Source: Takakia lepidozioides (taxonomy: Eukaryota; Plantae; Bryophyta). From it: a DNA stretch of 64,000 nucleotides. The stretch covers positions 96,038,001 through 96,102,000 of the forward strand of contig CM060731.1 of NCBI GenBank assembly GCA_030704615.1, given 5' to 3'. This document shows positions 12,401-24,700 of this stretch, piece after piece. Made by a program: the position numbers and the translations under genes. The first letter of the stretch is position 1. Every line of letters starts with the position of its first letter. The notes beneath the pieces were generated by a model that was not told the origin of the DNA, made no database searches, and worked only from the letters and a program-made list of their open reading frames with translations.

Positions 12401-13646
12401 TTCTACCCTACTTGACATGGCTTGCAGGGACCTCTCATGGATGTGCACAGCTCATTGTAACATGTTGGGGCCTCGACTCGAGCTCGGACGGGCCTAAATG
12501 CTCCTAAACAGGATGCTTCTGGGAGTCCTAATTCTTGGCTCCTGTAATAACAGAAAAGATTGGATACCCGAGGACCCTACCCATGAAATAGACGCACCAT
12601 TTCTAACTACAATCTAACTTGGTTAATGACCTCTCATGGATTTCGCAGAGCTCATGATGAAATTCTTGACCTAAGAAACGATTGGATCCATTCTGAACCT
12701 TAGGGGACCATACTCTGGAACAATGTATCATTCTATCTAAAGAGGTCACAGGCCCTTCTGGGTTTTCCTGTGCCTGACGCCCTTCACTCATGTGAGGGGA
12801 GCAACAACCACTGCTCTACAACTCACCTTTTACCCCCTCACTGCTTCTGATTTCTCTCTCTCTACGAGGAATGCTGCAGCGGGGTAAGGTGAAAATGACA
12901 AAAGGTTTAAGGTTAGAATCCCCGTGCGGGAAGTCGTTGTGCTCCATGCAGGGAGCATCAGTATACTGCAGAATGCTTGATACAACAAGCATTTACTTTT
13001 TCTCGAGATATGCTTGAGCAGACACAGATATATTATGTGATAAATAAACAAATGATGATCGACAGTGTGCATTGAACAAGAGTGCATATATTAGCCAACC
13101 CATTGTTCTCATTCCTGCACCTATGGTTCTTCACTTAGTAAAGAAGAAAATAAACTCACAACACGTGATTAATAACGAAGATGTATGAAGTCTTCTACTT
13201 GGCAATTGGATGGTCATAGCTTTCATAGCTTATGCCATATCAAACGAATTCTAATTCTACAAGGTGGGTTAGATTACTGCACTCTATGTGCCCCGCATCC
13301 CAAGGTCTGTCCTTGTGGATTCCAATAACTACCCGAAAATTCACTCTGGAGAACAAACCACCTCTTTAATGCAACTACGTTGCCCCGCATCCCAAGATCT
13401 ACCCCTGGAACTCCAAGAAAAGGTGTCAATAACCTACTTGGGTAAGAGCCCTACTGACTTCTTCCCATTGGAGAAGTTTCATTGGATTATTGCAACTTAG
13501 TTGCCCCGCACTCCACCTCGTTGTGGAGCTCCAATAACCAATGAGTCAATGAATAGGAAATACCAACATTTCCTTCCGACAAACCGGGACGAAATCCTGA
13601 AGATCTCTCCCTTAGTGGGGGGAATTAGTTCATTGGTTAATGGAAC

Positions 13647-13691
13647 TCACATGTAATAGTGCTTGCACCGGACACCGTTCGCCAGATTGGG
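13647..13691 (-). pseudogene. Last codons of the gypsy integrase interrupted by the MULE (PNLANGVRCKHYYM*)
   Basis: Continues in frame from ORF 28385-28792 (...ETLRGVEF-PNL) once the insertion is removed. Confidence 0.9.
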
Positions 13692-13944
13692 GAGGTTTGC
13701 TATTTCATGAGCATGAGCGGCATGAGCGGCATGAGCAGAGTAGTAACACAATCGGTTTTCATGAGCAGAAGTACAAATTTCGAAAATAAAAAACAATAAA
13801 AAACAATAAAAAACAATAATTTAATGCAATGTGTCAGAAAAAACAAATATATTATTCGGCCCCTTGAAGGGAAAATTGCACTTTTGACAGTTGTGCTCAT
13901 GATATTTTGTCTTCCGCTCATGCCAATTCCTAGCGACATGTGCA

Positions 13945-14305
13945 AATATGGCGCCGAATTTCGCGGTAATAGGGTCCGTAACCTGAAAAAACGGCGACGT
14001 ATTTCGCGGCAATAGGTCTCTCTGGCGAAAAATGGTGCCGAATTCCGCGGCTATAGGTCCCCTCATGACAGGTAATTCGGCGCCATTTTTCCAGTGCATG
14101 TTCGGACTTAGCCAGTTTTCGGCCCAAAAAAGAGAAATTCGGCGCCATTTTTCCAGACACGGTACCAGTGCATGTTGGGACTTAGCCAGTTTTCGGCCCC
14201 AAAAAGAGAAATTCGGCGCCATTTTCCCAAACACAGGTACCAGTGCATGTTGGGACTTAGCGAGTTTTCGGCCCAAAAAGAGAAATTCGGCGCCATTTTT
14301 CCAGA
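13945..14305. repeat. Subterminal ~74-bp repeats with AAATTCGGCGCCATTTT and GGGACTTAGCCA motifs
   Basis: Three tandem units at ~14090-14305, plus degenerate copies upstream. Confidence 0.85.
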
Positions 14306-14459
14306 AATGGCCCCAGAACTGCTTCTGTTGGATCTCAGTTTGAATGGAATATTGCCTCATTCCAGGAGTTTTGGGGTGCATTTCATTACACTGCAAAAAA
14401 AAGTCTGATACAGCAAAATGCATTTGAAAATATCCATATGGAGGATTCCGTTTGCCCCA

Positions 14460-17400
14460 TCAATGATTTCTGGAATCCCTAAGAAGGAGTTTGTGCAGCT
14501 CGTTCACGCTCAACGCCGGTGCATGAATAAAGTCATCAATAGTCACGTTCATCCTCAACCTCTTCAGGTAAATGTAATACAGATGCTTGCACGGATAATA
14601 CTTCGAACCCTTCTTTGCTTCCATCAACGAGAAGTCCGTACAGTTGCAAGTCGGCTCCACTCCAATCGTAATTGTGTATACATCGTCGCGTACAGCCGAG
14701 CCGGCCGTTGCCATCCGATACACACGCCCAAGGCCGGGTGGGGGTACGTCCACGGAGCTCTGAATAGTGCAAGCCATCCCAAGAGCATTGGCAATCCGAG
14801 TCTCATTCAACTTGTTGGGAGGGTGTCGTCTCTTCACTCTTCCGAATCGCATTGTGGGATGTGCAGAATTGTCCAATCCGTCTCTACTGGACCGAGCAGT
14901 ATGCAATGGCTGGGTCTGAGGAACCGGAAATGCGTGGGCCGGGATGTCTGTGCGTTGCACCATTCGAAATCCTGCTGCAGATAGAGCATCCGCCTCATTC
15001 TGAGAGAGGCTGCAACCCGGTGCAACAGGCCAGACGCCCGGAGGCTCCGGCATTCCCTGAATCCCGTACTTGGGCTTGCCAAATACACAGGTCATTATGT
15101 CGTGCCTACAGAACCAAAATGTCTGCGTTGTGGCGTGAGCAAATGTGGGAGTCAAAAATCTGCCGCTGAAACAAGGTGCAGGTACAGCACCGTGTGGGTT
15201 CCTCCGAATCATCTCACCACAGCGTGCTCTCGTATCCACCCGGATGGCGCAACACTTCCCTCGAAATGCCGGCAATGTCCTCGCAATTCTCCACTGTGAC
15301 TCCGACACTCTTGTCTCCACAATGGGAATGTTGTATTGCTTTACTACAGATGGCTCGTTATGTTGCCGGGGCACGCGCCCTGTGCTCAAAGGAGATGGCG
15401 ATCTTGAACGTGCAGGACTTCCGGTGCTCGACGAGACCTCCTCGGACAACATCACCGGACCACGAGGGAGCGTGCGAATATTCTTGTCAGCTCGCCATGA
15501 ATCCTCTTCTCCGCCAGGTGCCTCGTCAAGTCTTCGTCTCACTGGACGGGTATGAACATCTCCTTCCAAATGTTGGCATCTTCGCAGCAATGGCGTGTCC
15601 CGAAGGCCCTCTCGCAAGGCCGCCGCCCACTTCCGAGGATTCTTCGATCTGGAGGCAGTCCGCATCAGCATTTCCTGCCTGTCCGGCCCCAAGCCCCACT
15701 GTTTCCCTTTCAAGAACTCGTTGTACCTGCATTGCTGCATAATTGACCTCACAATGTCCTCCGTTGTGGCAGTGAGGATGTCCACCAGATGCGCCGCAGA
15801 GGAGGCACGCCAGGAAGAGTGCACTGATTCGGCCATGTTTGTCGTGGGCATGTCGGTGTCGGAGTCGAGACACATTTCCTGCACAAGCACATGTTGAGGT
15901 TACAAGCAAGTTACAAATATGGCCAAGAATAATATCCAACGGGACGCGAATTCGTGCAACTCACCTCCCGCATATAGTCGCCGAACTGGAGGAAACGATA
16001 ATGCCACCATGCTAGCCAACTGACCATTGCTCCTTCGTCTGATTTCCTTACAGCACCTGACGATGTCCACCAAGCCCGTATGCATGCAAACTGTGTCTCT
16101 GCATCATCCAAGGTGGGAGCGCGCTTCCACGCAAGGCACATGGAACGGTGCTCCTCTCTGAAATCTGGCGCCACGAGCCTGGTTGTGTACTGCGAAAGGC
16201 TCTGCAGAAAGTGGAACCCACAAGATCTCTCCTTGCCTTCCATGGGAACATTGGGGTCTTGCCCGTACACCCTTCGGATGGCAGCCCAATTTGCTTGTGC
16301 GTTGTCCGCCATGAAACCACGGAAATTGGGAGGGGGCAATCCCGCCTTGGCCATCTGTTCGTTTATTCCCTGCCAAAGAAGCATCTCCGATTGTGTGTCC
16401 TCTCCTTTCATCTCACAAATAGCAATTGTCATTAGCATCCTGCAGTGGGTGTCGTAGACATGTGCACCCATTGTCACCCACTGGTGATTTGTAATTCGCT
16501 TGATATGGTCGAACATGACCCAACTGTTTGACAAGTTCCCACTCGTCATCCTGTCGACCAGTTCGACGCCACTGCCAGGTCCACACGTGGACATTTTGAA
16601 TACGAAACAACGATCTGCCTCAGTCCCTTGTCCTGGAAACCTACTTCCATGAATGTAGTCATATCCACATCGTCGCTTCACCTCCAGAATGGAGTGCATA
16701 TCCGAGCCACGCCCAATTTTCTGTTTGCAAGAGACAATGTGGTTTCGGACATTCGGTGAACATACGTGGGACACCGACTCGAGCAATGCCTCCATTTCCT
16801 TCTCGTCGAGAGGAACTCTATCCGAGCCGTCTTCCGACATAATTCTGGCCAATGCCATCTTATGGGCGGCTTGGAGCTGTATCTGTTTGGGTTTGGCACC
16901 CGGTCTCAACTTAACCTCCTCCTGAACGAGCTGCTCTGCTTCGTGGGCAGCCTCCCGCGAGTTCCCCCTCGCCAATTTGTGACAATGGGAACCAACGTGT
17001 ATGCAAGCTCGGGTGAGGTCAGGGAAACGGTGCAACACATAGAACTGCTTGGCATTACAAACAGACATGCAGTGTGGTGGTTCTTTGCAATGCGCACACT
17101 TAAATGTGGAGTTCGGAACCTTCTCCTGAGCTCGAAATGGTTGGTGAGCTGTGCCTGTCCAATCGGTCTCGTTCCTGTGACCTCTGGATTTAAAGTGGAA
17201 GCAAGTTGGGGAGAAACACCGCAACGCGCCCGCACAAACAACGTAGCGCACCCGCACACCATCAAGCATCTTCATGCTGGTGGTTTTGGTAACGCACCAA
17301 GGATGACCGTCATGTTTTCTATCCATATCTGTCAACATTCCGGACGCCCTCGAGTAGTCCGCCCGAGGAGGGAACTCAAAGAAGACATTACCGTCGACGT

Positions 17401-18052
17401 CGGCGGGAAGGCATGTAACCGATTTAATTGCGAACTTGCTGTAGTCCAGCCCGGCCAGCTCCGACCGGTGTCCCTCCAGGTGAAGCCCTCGCAGAATTTC
17501 TAGAATAGATCGAACTGCGGTGCTCGTGCTGGGAATATGACTCCCTCCTCCACTGACGTCCATTGAGGACTTGCCTGATCTCCAGGACGACCTCGGAACT
17601 TCCATGACCTCGTCTGAGTCGGACAGGTTGTGAACAACCCGGTTCTCGGTCGTCTTCATGGATGGGTTCGGCTCTGGATTTACTTCGTTGCGGACTTCTC
17701 TCTTTGAGGTACCCACTCTCTGATTCGCGGATTGTTTCGTGGAAGGCGCCAGGATAGACGGTGCATTTGGCGGGCAAATGAAGTCCCCAACAGCCCTGTA
17801 TATGACGCTGTCCGATGGTGGAACTCGCCATTCCCTGCCATCGCCGAAATCATCGTGGAGCACAACAATACTCTCGACAACAAGGCCGTTTGAGTCCTTC
17901 CTTTCCTCCTCCAAAAAAACCGACCCCGGTTTCAGGTGGTATCGAACGCACAGATATTTCTCCATCACCCGGCAGGTGTCCCCTCTGCACGGAAATGAAG
18001 CTCTATGCTCGTGAGGAGGGCAGTACACTGTAGCGCTCGGGTTTTCCGCCAT
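14460..18052 (-). CDS. MULE/MuDR-type DDE transposase, 2 exons (18052-15965, 15878-14460), ~1168 aa
   Basis: GCM/WRKY-like Cys/His region (CAGALRC...CAHC...CNAK...HVGSHCH). D1 VMFDHIKR, D2 FMADNAQA, CxxH SCGFH, E in TTNMAES. C-terminal SWIM finger CNC...CKH. An 86-bp GTGAGT...TGCAG intron joins the two ORFs in phase 0. Confidence 0.9.
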
Positions 18053-18339
18053 GGGAGATGTGCACACAAGACTGCCAGGATGGCGTGCGGGGAAGCTCCC
18101 TGGTAGAAGGGGGTGCAGCGATGGGAATGAATGCGATGCCGATTTGTCCGAGCGACGAAGCCTGATCCAAATCCAGGGAGCCAACTATCTCAAAAATCCA
18201 CAGTCAGAGTGTTAATGAACCTTGTCTCCGGAATGCGGCCCCTCGTCTTTGCGCAATAACTGCCAACGGTATGCAGTCAGAAAGTGGGGGGCCGTCCGGA
18301 TGATGACGGCTGAAGGGGATAAGCCGGCACCGTGCCGTC

Positions 18340-19005
18340 ACATTACTACCCCCGAATGGAAATTCGGCACCCAACATCCAACAGAGGAAGCCCGGATGAA
18401 GTCGCCTCGGGCGCAGAGGCCGGAGTGTGTGCGACAGATAACATCTTCTGGATGGAGATTCGGCGCCGAATTTCCATCCGGTCCCCCCAAAGGGAGTCGT
18501 GTCGGGGGGTCAGGCCGAAAACTGGACGGCATAAAAACATCCCCAGATGGAAAAACGGCGCCGAATTTCCATCCGGGGCGATTCGGATGCAGTCGGGGAG
18601 GGGGGAGTGGCCTGCAGTTGGCTGTCACATTTCAACCCCCGGACGGAAATTCGGCAACGAATATCGAACAGGGGACGCCCGGATGAAGTCGCCTGGGGCA
18701 CAGAGGCCGGCCAGTGTGCGACAGAGAACATCCCCTGGACGGCCATTCGGCGCCGAATTTCCATCCGGGCCCCCCCAAAGGAAGTGTTGTCGGCGTGTCA
18801 GAGCGAAAACTGGCCGACATAAAAACCTCCACAGATGAGAAAACGGCGCCGAATTTCAATTCGGGGCCGTTCCAATGAAGTCGGGGAGGGGGGAGAGGTC
18901 GGAACCTGGCAGTCATATTTCAACCCCCGGGACGGAAATTCGGCACCGAATATCCAACAGAGCGGCGGAGAGGCGGCACCTCTCCGACAGAGACCATCCC
19001 CCGGA
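18340..19005. repeat. Degenerate ~300-bp duplication with palindromic GGCGCC-core motifs upstream of the transposase
   Basis: 18350-18650 and 18650-18960 are similar, each with several TTCGGCGCCGAATTTC variants. Confidence 0.7.
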
Positions 19006-19985
19006 TGGAGATTCGGCGCCGAATTTCCATCCAGCAGGTAAGTGGAATCTCGGATGGATGGAGATTCGGCGCCGAATTTCCATCCAGCAGGTAAGTCGGA
19101 TCGGTGCCATATGGATATTCGGCGCCGAATTTCCATCCTGCAGGTAATTCGAATCGTGGATGAATGGAAATTCGGCGCCGAATTTCCATCCAGCAGGTAA
19201 GTCGGATCGGTGCCATATGGATATTCGGCGCCGAATTTCCATCCTGCAGGTAATTCGAATCGTGGATGAATGGAAATTCGGCGCCGAATTTCCATCCAGC
19301 AGGTAAGTCGGATCGGTGCCATATGGATATTCGGCGCCGAATTTCCATCCTGCAGGTAATTCGAATCCTGGATGAATGGAAATTCGGCGCCGAATTTCCA
19401 TCCAGCAGGTAAGTCGGATCGGTGCCATATGGATATTCGGCGCCGAATTTCCATCCTGCAGGTAATTCGAATCCTGGATGAATGGAAATTCGGCGCCGAA
19501 TTTCCATCCAGCAGGTAAGTCGGATCGGTGCCATATGGAAATTCGGCGCCGAATTTCCATCCTGCAGGTAATTCGAATCCTGGATGAATGGAAATTCGGC
19601 GCCGAATTTCCATCCAGCAGGTAAGTCGGATCGGTGCCATATGGATATTCGGCGCCGAATTTCCATCCTGCAGGTAATTCGAATCATGGATGAATGGAAA
19701 TTCGGCGCCGAATTTCCATCCAGCAGGTAAGTCGGATCGGTGCCATATGGATATTCGGCGCCGAATTTCCATCCTGCAGGTAATTCGAATCATGGATGAA
19801 TGGAAATTCGGCGCCGAATTTTCATCCAGCAGGTAAGTCGGATCGGTGCCATATGGATATTCGGCGCCGAATTTCCATCCTGCAGGTAATTCGAATCGTG
19901 GATGAATGGAAATTCGGCGCCGAATTTCCATCCAGCAGGTAAGTCGGATCGGTGCCGTATGGATATTCGGCGCCGGATTTCCACT
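19005..19985. repeat. Tandem array of a 106-bp unit (~9 copies), two palindromes per unit
   Basis: ATGGATATTC recurs at 19111, 19217 and 19323. Each unit contains TGGA(A/T)ATTCGGCGCCGAATTTCCA twice. Confidence 0.95.
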
Positions 19986-20365
19986 CGCCATTTATTTCTG
20001 AGCGAGGAATTACCTTCGTGCAGGTAATTCCCATATAAGAATTACCTTCGTGCAGGTAATTCGCATACAAGAATTACCTTTGTGCAGGTAATTTCCAGAT
20101 GACAATTACCTTCCTGCAGGTAATTCCAATCGATGTTTATTCCTCGTCCAGAATTACCTGCACAAAGGTAATTCTCATCTGGAAATTACCTGCATGAAGG
20201 TAATTCTTGTATGTGAATTACCTGCACGAAGGTAATTCTTATATGGGAATTACCTGCACGGAGGTAATTCCTCGCTCAGAAATAAATGGCGAATCGAAAT
20301 TCGGCGCCGAATATCCATATGGCACCGATCCGACTTACCTGCAGGATGGAAATTCGGCGCCGAAT
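19905..20365. repeat. Large inverted repeat (dyad centre ~20140) built from AATTACCT-N6-AGGTAATT sites
   Basis: ORFs 19822-20070(-) and 20207-20461(+) give nearly the same translation, confirming mirror arms. There are four spaced palindromes per arm. Confidence 0.9.
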
Positions 20366-21530
20366 TACCTGCTTGAAGGAAATTTGGCGAACCGCCCTAC
20401 CTGCGCGGATGGAAATTCGGCGCCGAATTTCCATCCGCGCGCATCCGAATTACCTGCTTGAAGGAAATTTGGCGCACCGCCCTACCTGCGCGGATGGAAA
20501 TTCGGCGCCGGATTTCCATCCGGGCGCATCCGAATTACCTGCGCGGATGGAAATTCGGCGCCGGATTTCCATCCGCGCGCATCCGAATTACCTGCTTGAA
20601 GGAATTTGGCGCACCGCCATCCTACGCGGATGGAAATTCGGCGCCGGATTTCCATCCGCGCGCATCCGAATTACCTGCGCGGATGGAAATTCGGCGCCGG
20701 ATTTCCATCCGCGCGCATCCGAATTACCTGCGCGGATGGAAATTCGGCGCCGGATTCCATCCGCGCGCATCCGAATTACCTGCTTGAAGGAAATTTGGCG
20801 CACCGCCCTACCTGCGCGGATGGAAATTCGGCGCCGGATTTCCATCCGGGCGCATCCGAATTACCTGCGCGGATGGAAATTCGGCGCCGGATTTCCATCC
20901 GCGCGCATCCGAATTACCTGCGCGGATGGAAATTCGGCGCCGGATTTCCATCCGCGCGCATCCGAATTACCTGCTTGAAGGAAATTTGGCGCACCGCCAT
21001 CCTACGCGGATGGAAATTCGGCGCCGGATTTCCATCCGCGCGCATCCGAATTACCTGCTTGAAGGAAATTGGCGCACCGCCCTACCTGCGCGGATGGAAA
21101 TTCGGCGCCGGATTTCCATCCGGGCGCATCCGAATTACCTGCGCGGATGGAAATTCGGCGCCGGATTTCCATCCGGGCGCATCCGAATTACCTGCGCGGA
21201 TGGAAATTCGGCGCCGGATTTCCATCCGCGCGCATCCGAATTACCTGCGCGGATGGAAATTCGGCGCCGGATTTCCATCCGCGCGCATCCGAATTACCTG
21301 CTTGAAGGAAATTTGGCGCACCGCCATCCTACGCGGATGGAAATTCGGCGCCGGATTTCCATCCGCGCGCATCCGAATTACCTGCGCGGATGGAAATTCT
21401 GCGCCGGATTTCCATCCGCGCGCATCCGAATTACCTGCTTGAAGGAAATTTGGCGAACCGCCCTACCTGCGCGGATGGAAATTCGGCGCCGGATTTCCAT
21501 CCGCGCGCTTCCGAATTACCTGCGTGAGGG
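20345..21530. repeat. Second tandem array of ~50/80-bp units containing GCGGATGGAAATTCGGCGCCGGATTTCCATCCGC
   Basis: Directly visible repetition of CATCCGAATTACCTGC linked to the palindrome. Confidence 0.95.
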
Positions 21531-21750
21531 AAATTCCGGGACTGTTTTCGTCTATTTTCTTCCGACATGGAGGGCTTCATCCGACATTTAATTGCGCAGT
21601 TGGGCAATAAATGTCGACGGCCGTCGCTTATTATTCGGGCTGGCGACGCATGGCTTCCTGGACACGTACCCTAAATCTCATGCTATACTTGGCTTAACAT
21701 GGTATTCCAGGCATGTACCCCAAAAAAGGAGATCTTTTTGGCTGGGACTT

Positions 21751-24700
21751 ATGCCGCCTGAAGGGCGTGGCTCTCCTGAGAGAGACCTCAGATCCAGACC
21801 GCGGCGGAAGTTGAAAGCTCTGTACTACGGACGACGGCCAATCTCTCGCATGGCCAAACTGAAGCTCCAGCAGGAGATTCCAGTGTCTTGCTCACAACCT
21901 GCGCCAACTGAAGCCGAGTACTCTCAGGCAAGCCACTTCTGCTTTCGGTTTGTTCGATTTCTTTTTTGCTTTCGCTTCGTTACCTCGCTTTGTTTCTGCA
22001 TCTTCATCCTGGCTTTGCTTTATGAGTGAACTTTAGATAGTTGACTGAACCTTAGATTGTTTGCAATGCGTGTGCAAATCCGGCAGCTCTGGAGAAGGCT
22101 GCTTGTGCATGTCATTCTTAGGCAATGGTTGCATTTGTTTTCATTGTTGTTGCATGGCTCTCCATACTTCCTAAACTTGTTATGTTTTCATTTTTGCTAC
22201 ATGATTGCTGCTATGGTGGTTGCGCTGCTGCTTTTTGCACCACTGTTGGTGTTCACGATTTTTGTCAATCACAGAGTGACGACGAGCCCGGCACGCTGGT
22301 GGTATCATCGACAGCTCCAACTCATCGCATGTTTGAATCGCCCAACTTGGGGCGAGAGGGCAAACTTAAATCTTTTGTTGGTGGACGGGAGGACTTGCAA
22401 CGAGATTACGATAGAGTAGGCATTGGGGAGGTTGGTGCAGGCGGCATGGCAGGTGAAGGGCGTGAGGACATGAGGACAGCAGATCCGGCAATGGAGGTTG
22501 TTCATGCACATGCAGTAGGGCCCGCCCACGCAAAGAAAAAGAAGAAAGCTAAGCACATGCAATCCCCGGCGAGAGAGCAGTCACGGGCTGCGGAGGGGGG
22601 AGTGAGCAGTGCGCGCGAGGGTGTCAGTTCGCCTCAATCAAAGGTGGTCGTCCTGGAGGGCTCCCCTGTTGCTAGCCCTAGTAAGAAACAGAAAGCCCGT
22701 GAGAGGGCAAAAGAGAGGGCAAAAGAACAGACGAGACAGAATGCTAGCAAGGAGGAAAGACAAAAGGCAGCTGAAGAGGCCCGGGGTGCCCAAATGACAG
22801 ATGCCAATGTAAGCGAGGGACACACAGAGACGGTGGATCCCTACAAGACACCACAGAGAGGCAGTAGCACACCGGTTAGACCATCGCGGGCAAGTGCAGC
22901 CCCCGCAATTACCCATACGGTGGAGAGTGGAGGAGAGGAAAGAACACCTGAAAGAGCACCGATTGTGCAAGTTCGAGGTGAAGCCAGGGAGAGGGCAGTA
23001 GAGACGACGAGAGTGCTGGAGGTGGTTTCGCAGGTGGCTGACCCTGTTGAGGAGGACGACATGGATGTTTCTGACCAGGATGACATTCTCCCGGACATCC
23101 CCAGGCCCCAAACCCGGAGCATACAGGCTGGATTTGGCGGTCTTGGTGGGCTGCCGGAAAACCCCTCTGCAGCAGACGTCATGTCTGAGGCGGATATGAA
23201 GTTGGCCGCTGCCAAGATGTTGGAGGCAACCCACAGCAACATTGGCAGGGTGCTGGGGGGCATGGTGTACCCGGCCAAGCTTCGAATTCCCCTTTGCCGC
23301 TTGGTGTCATTGCAGGTGGTGAGACCTGCCCTCCCAGGCGATATCGACAAGCTGAAATTCTCTTTCCGGGATGGATATCGAATGGGGTCTGCCGCCTTTT
23401 ACGTTTCCATTGAGAACGACCACGGAGCTTCCCGTGCCCACACTTCCGATGAGGTGGACAAATGGGGTCCCCATTGGCAAACGCGAAATGAGGAGTTCGA
23501 GAGATCGATTGCTAGTGATCCTCTTTTCCAGCACATGTCCGGTAAGATGTTCTACGTGTGGGACGGCAATCATCGCCTCCTGGCATGGATGGAGCACATT
23601 GCCCAAGCCCACCCCAACGATCTCGATTGGCATTTCGCCGTCGATTGTGTTGTGCTGAAGGTTGCGGGGCCCAAAGATCGCAGTCTTCTCAAAGCTGCAA
23701 TGGCCGACATCAACTCGTAAGCTACAACCCCTCTCGCTTTTGGACTTTGAATTTGGAAGTCATTTCATTGCGAATCCTCATATATGATGAAAATTCCCAT
23801 TTCAGTATTGTTTGATGGAAATGTGGCACTGCAGGGTGACTGAGAATGCCTTCATTGCCACCAACTTGTCCCATATGCTCTTCCGAGTGAAGGATGTCGG
23901 GAGGCAGGGGGTGGAAGAGTTTGCCAATTCCCTCAGTGCCGACCTCCTGCGCAAGTCGGAGGCAAAGGCAGACAGAACCTGGTATAGGCTGAGCGTCGAC
24001 GCCATGGTGGACTACATATTTCGGGTAAAGCTCCTGCAGTTTTGTTGAGCTAATTTGTCTCTCCTCCCCCAATAGAAGAAATTGTGTTGAGCAGGATCTC
24101 TAATCTTATGTGCTGCTTTTCGACAGACGAAAATACAGCAGGATTTGGCACATGCGCGGAGGTTCTACATGGAGTCAGAGGAGAAGAATCCAACCCTCCC
24201 GGAACTCGAATCGTATGTCAAAGCTGCGGAGGTGAGGGCCCGCATAAAGTACAAGTCGCGGATGGTAAAGTACGTGGCCATAGCTGATCCCGCCCTTGGT
24301 GCCGACTTTCTGGTGGAGGTGGGAAAGCACTACTCTCGCGCTCTGAAGCCCACGATGACATTGGAGAAGCTCCATCGTCTAGCCACATCCTGTGTGGATG
24401 CAACAGAAAAGGTGATACATTCTTAACCAAATTGTGGTGGCAACAACTCCTTTTTGTGGTGTTTGGCGCTTACGAATATGCTGGGTGGTTGGACAGACCC
24501 GGTGGCTCCAAATCTGGAATGGTTCCCAAAGTACCAGGGACATGTGGAGCTTCCCCAAACCGGACAAACTCTCTGACCCCACATTCGACATGTGGATGAA
24601 CCGCATGACATGGTGGTTTCAGGTACTTCCCCACGCTTCGTTTGGGGCTTGTACTCTAGTAGGGGGTTGATTCATTGTATTTTTTGAGGAAAGCGATCTG

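Noticed and set aside
12791-13640. 3' LTR of the minus-strand gypsy element
   Set aside because: A TGTGAG...CTCACA candidate exists, but I found no convincing PPT or partner LTR.
13684-13693. 5-bp (AGATT) or 12-bp TSD
   Set aside because: Aligning the left end with four right ends places the terminus 6 nt before TGCTATTTC, giving 8 bp. A 9-bp reading cannot be fully excluded.
13821-14423. 200-aa ORF and similar ORFs at 25136-25794 and 53410-53961
   Set aside because: Translations of subterminal or intronic tandem repeats.
19005-21530. CRISPR array
   Set aside because: Spacers between palindromes are repeated, not unique; there are no cas genes; the context is eukaryotic.
18798-21591. Long repetitive ORFs (MEIRRRISI...) as proteins
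   Set aside because: They are open in several frames and on both strands because of stop-poor palindromic repeats.
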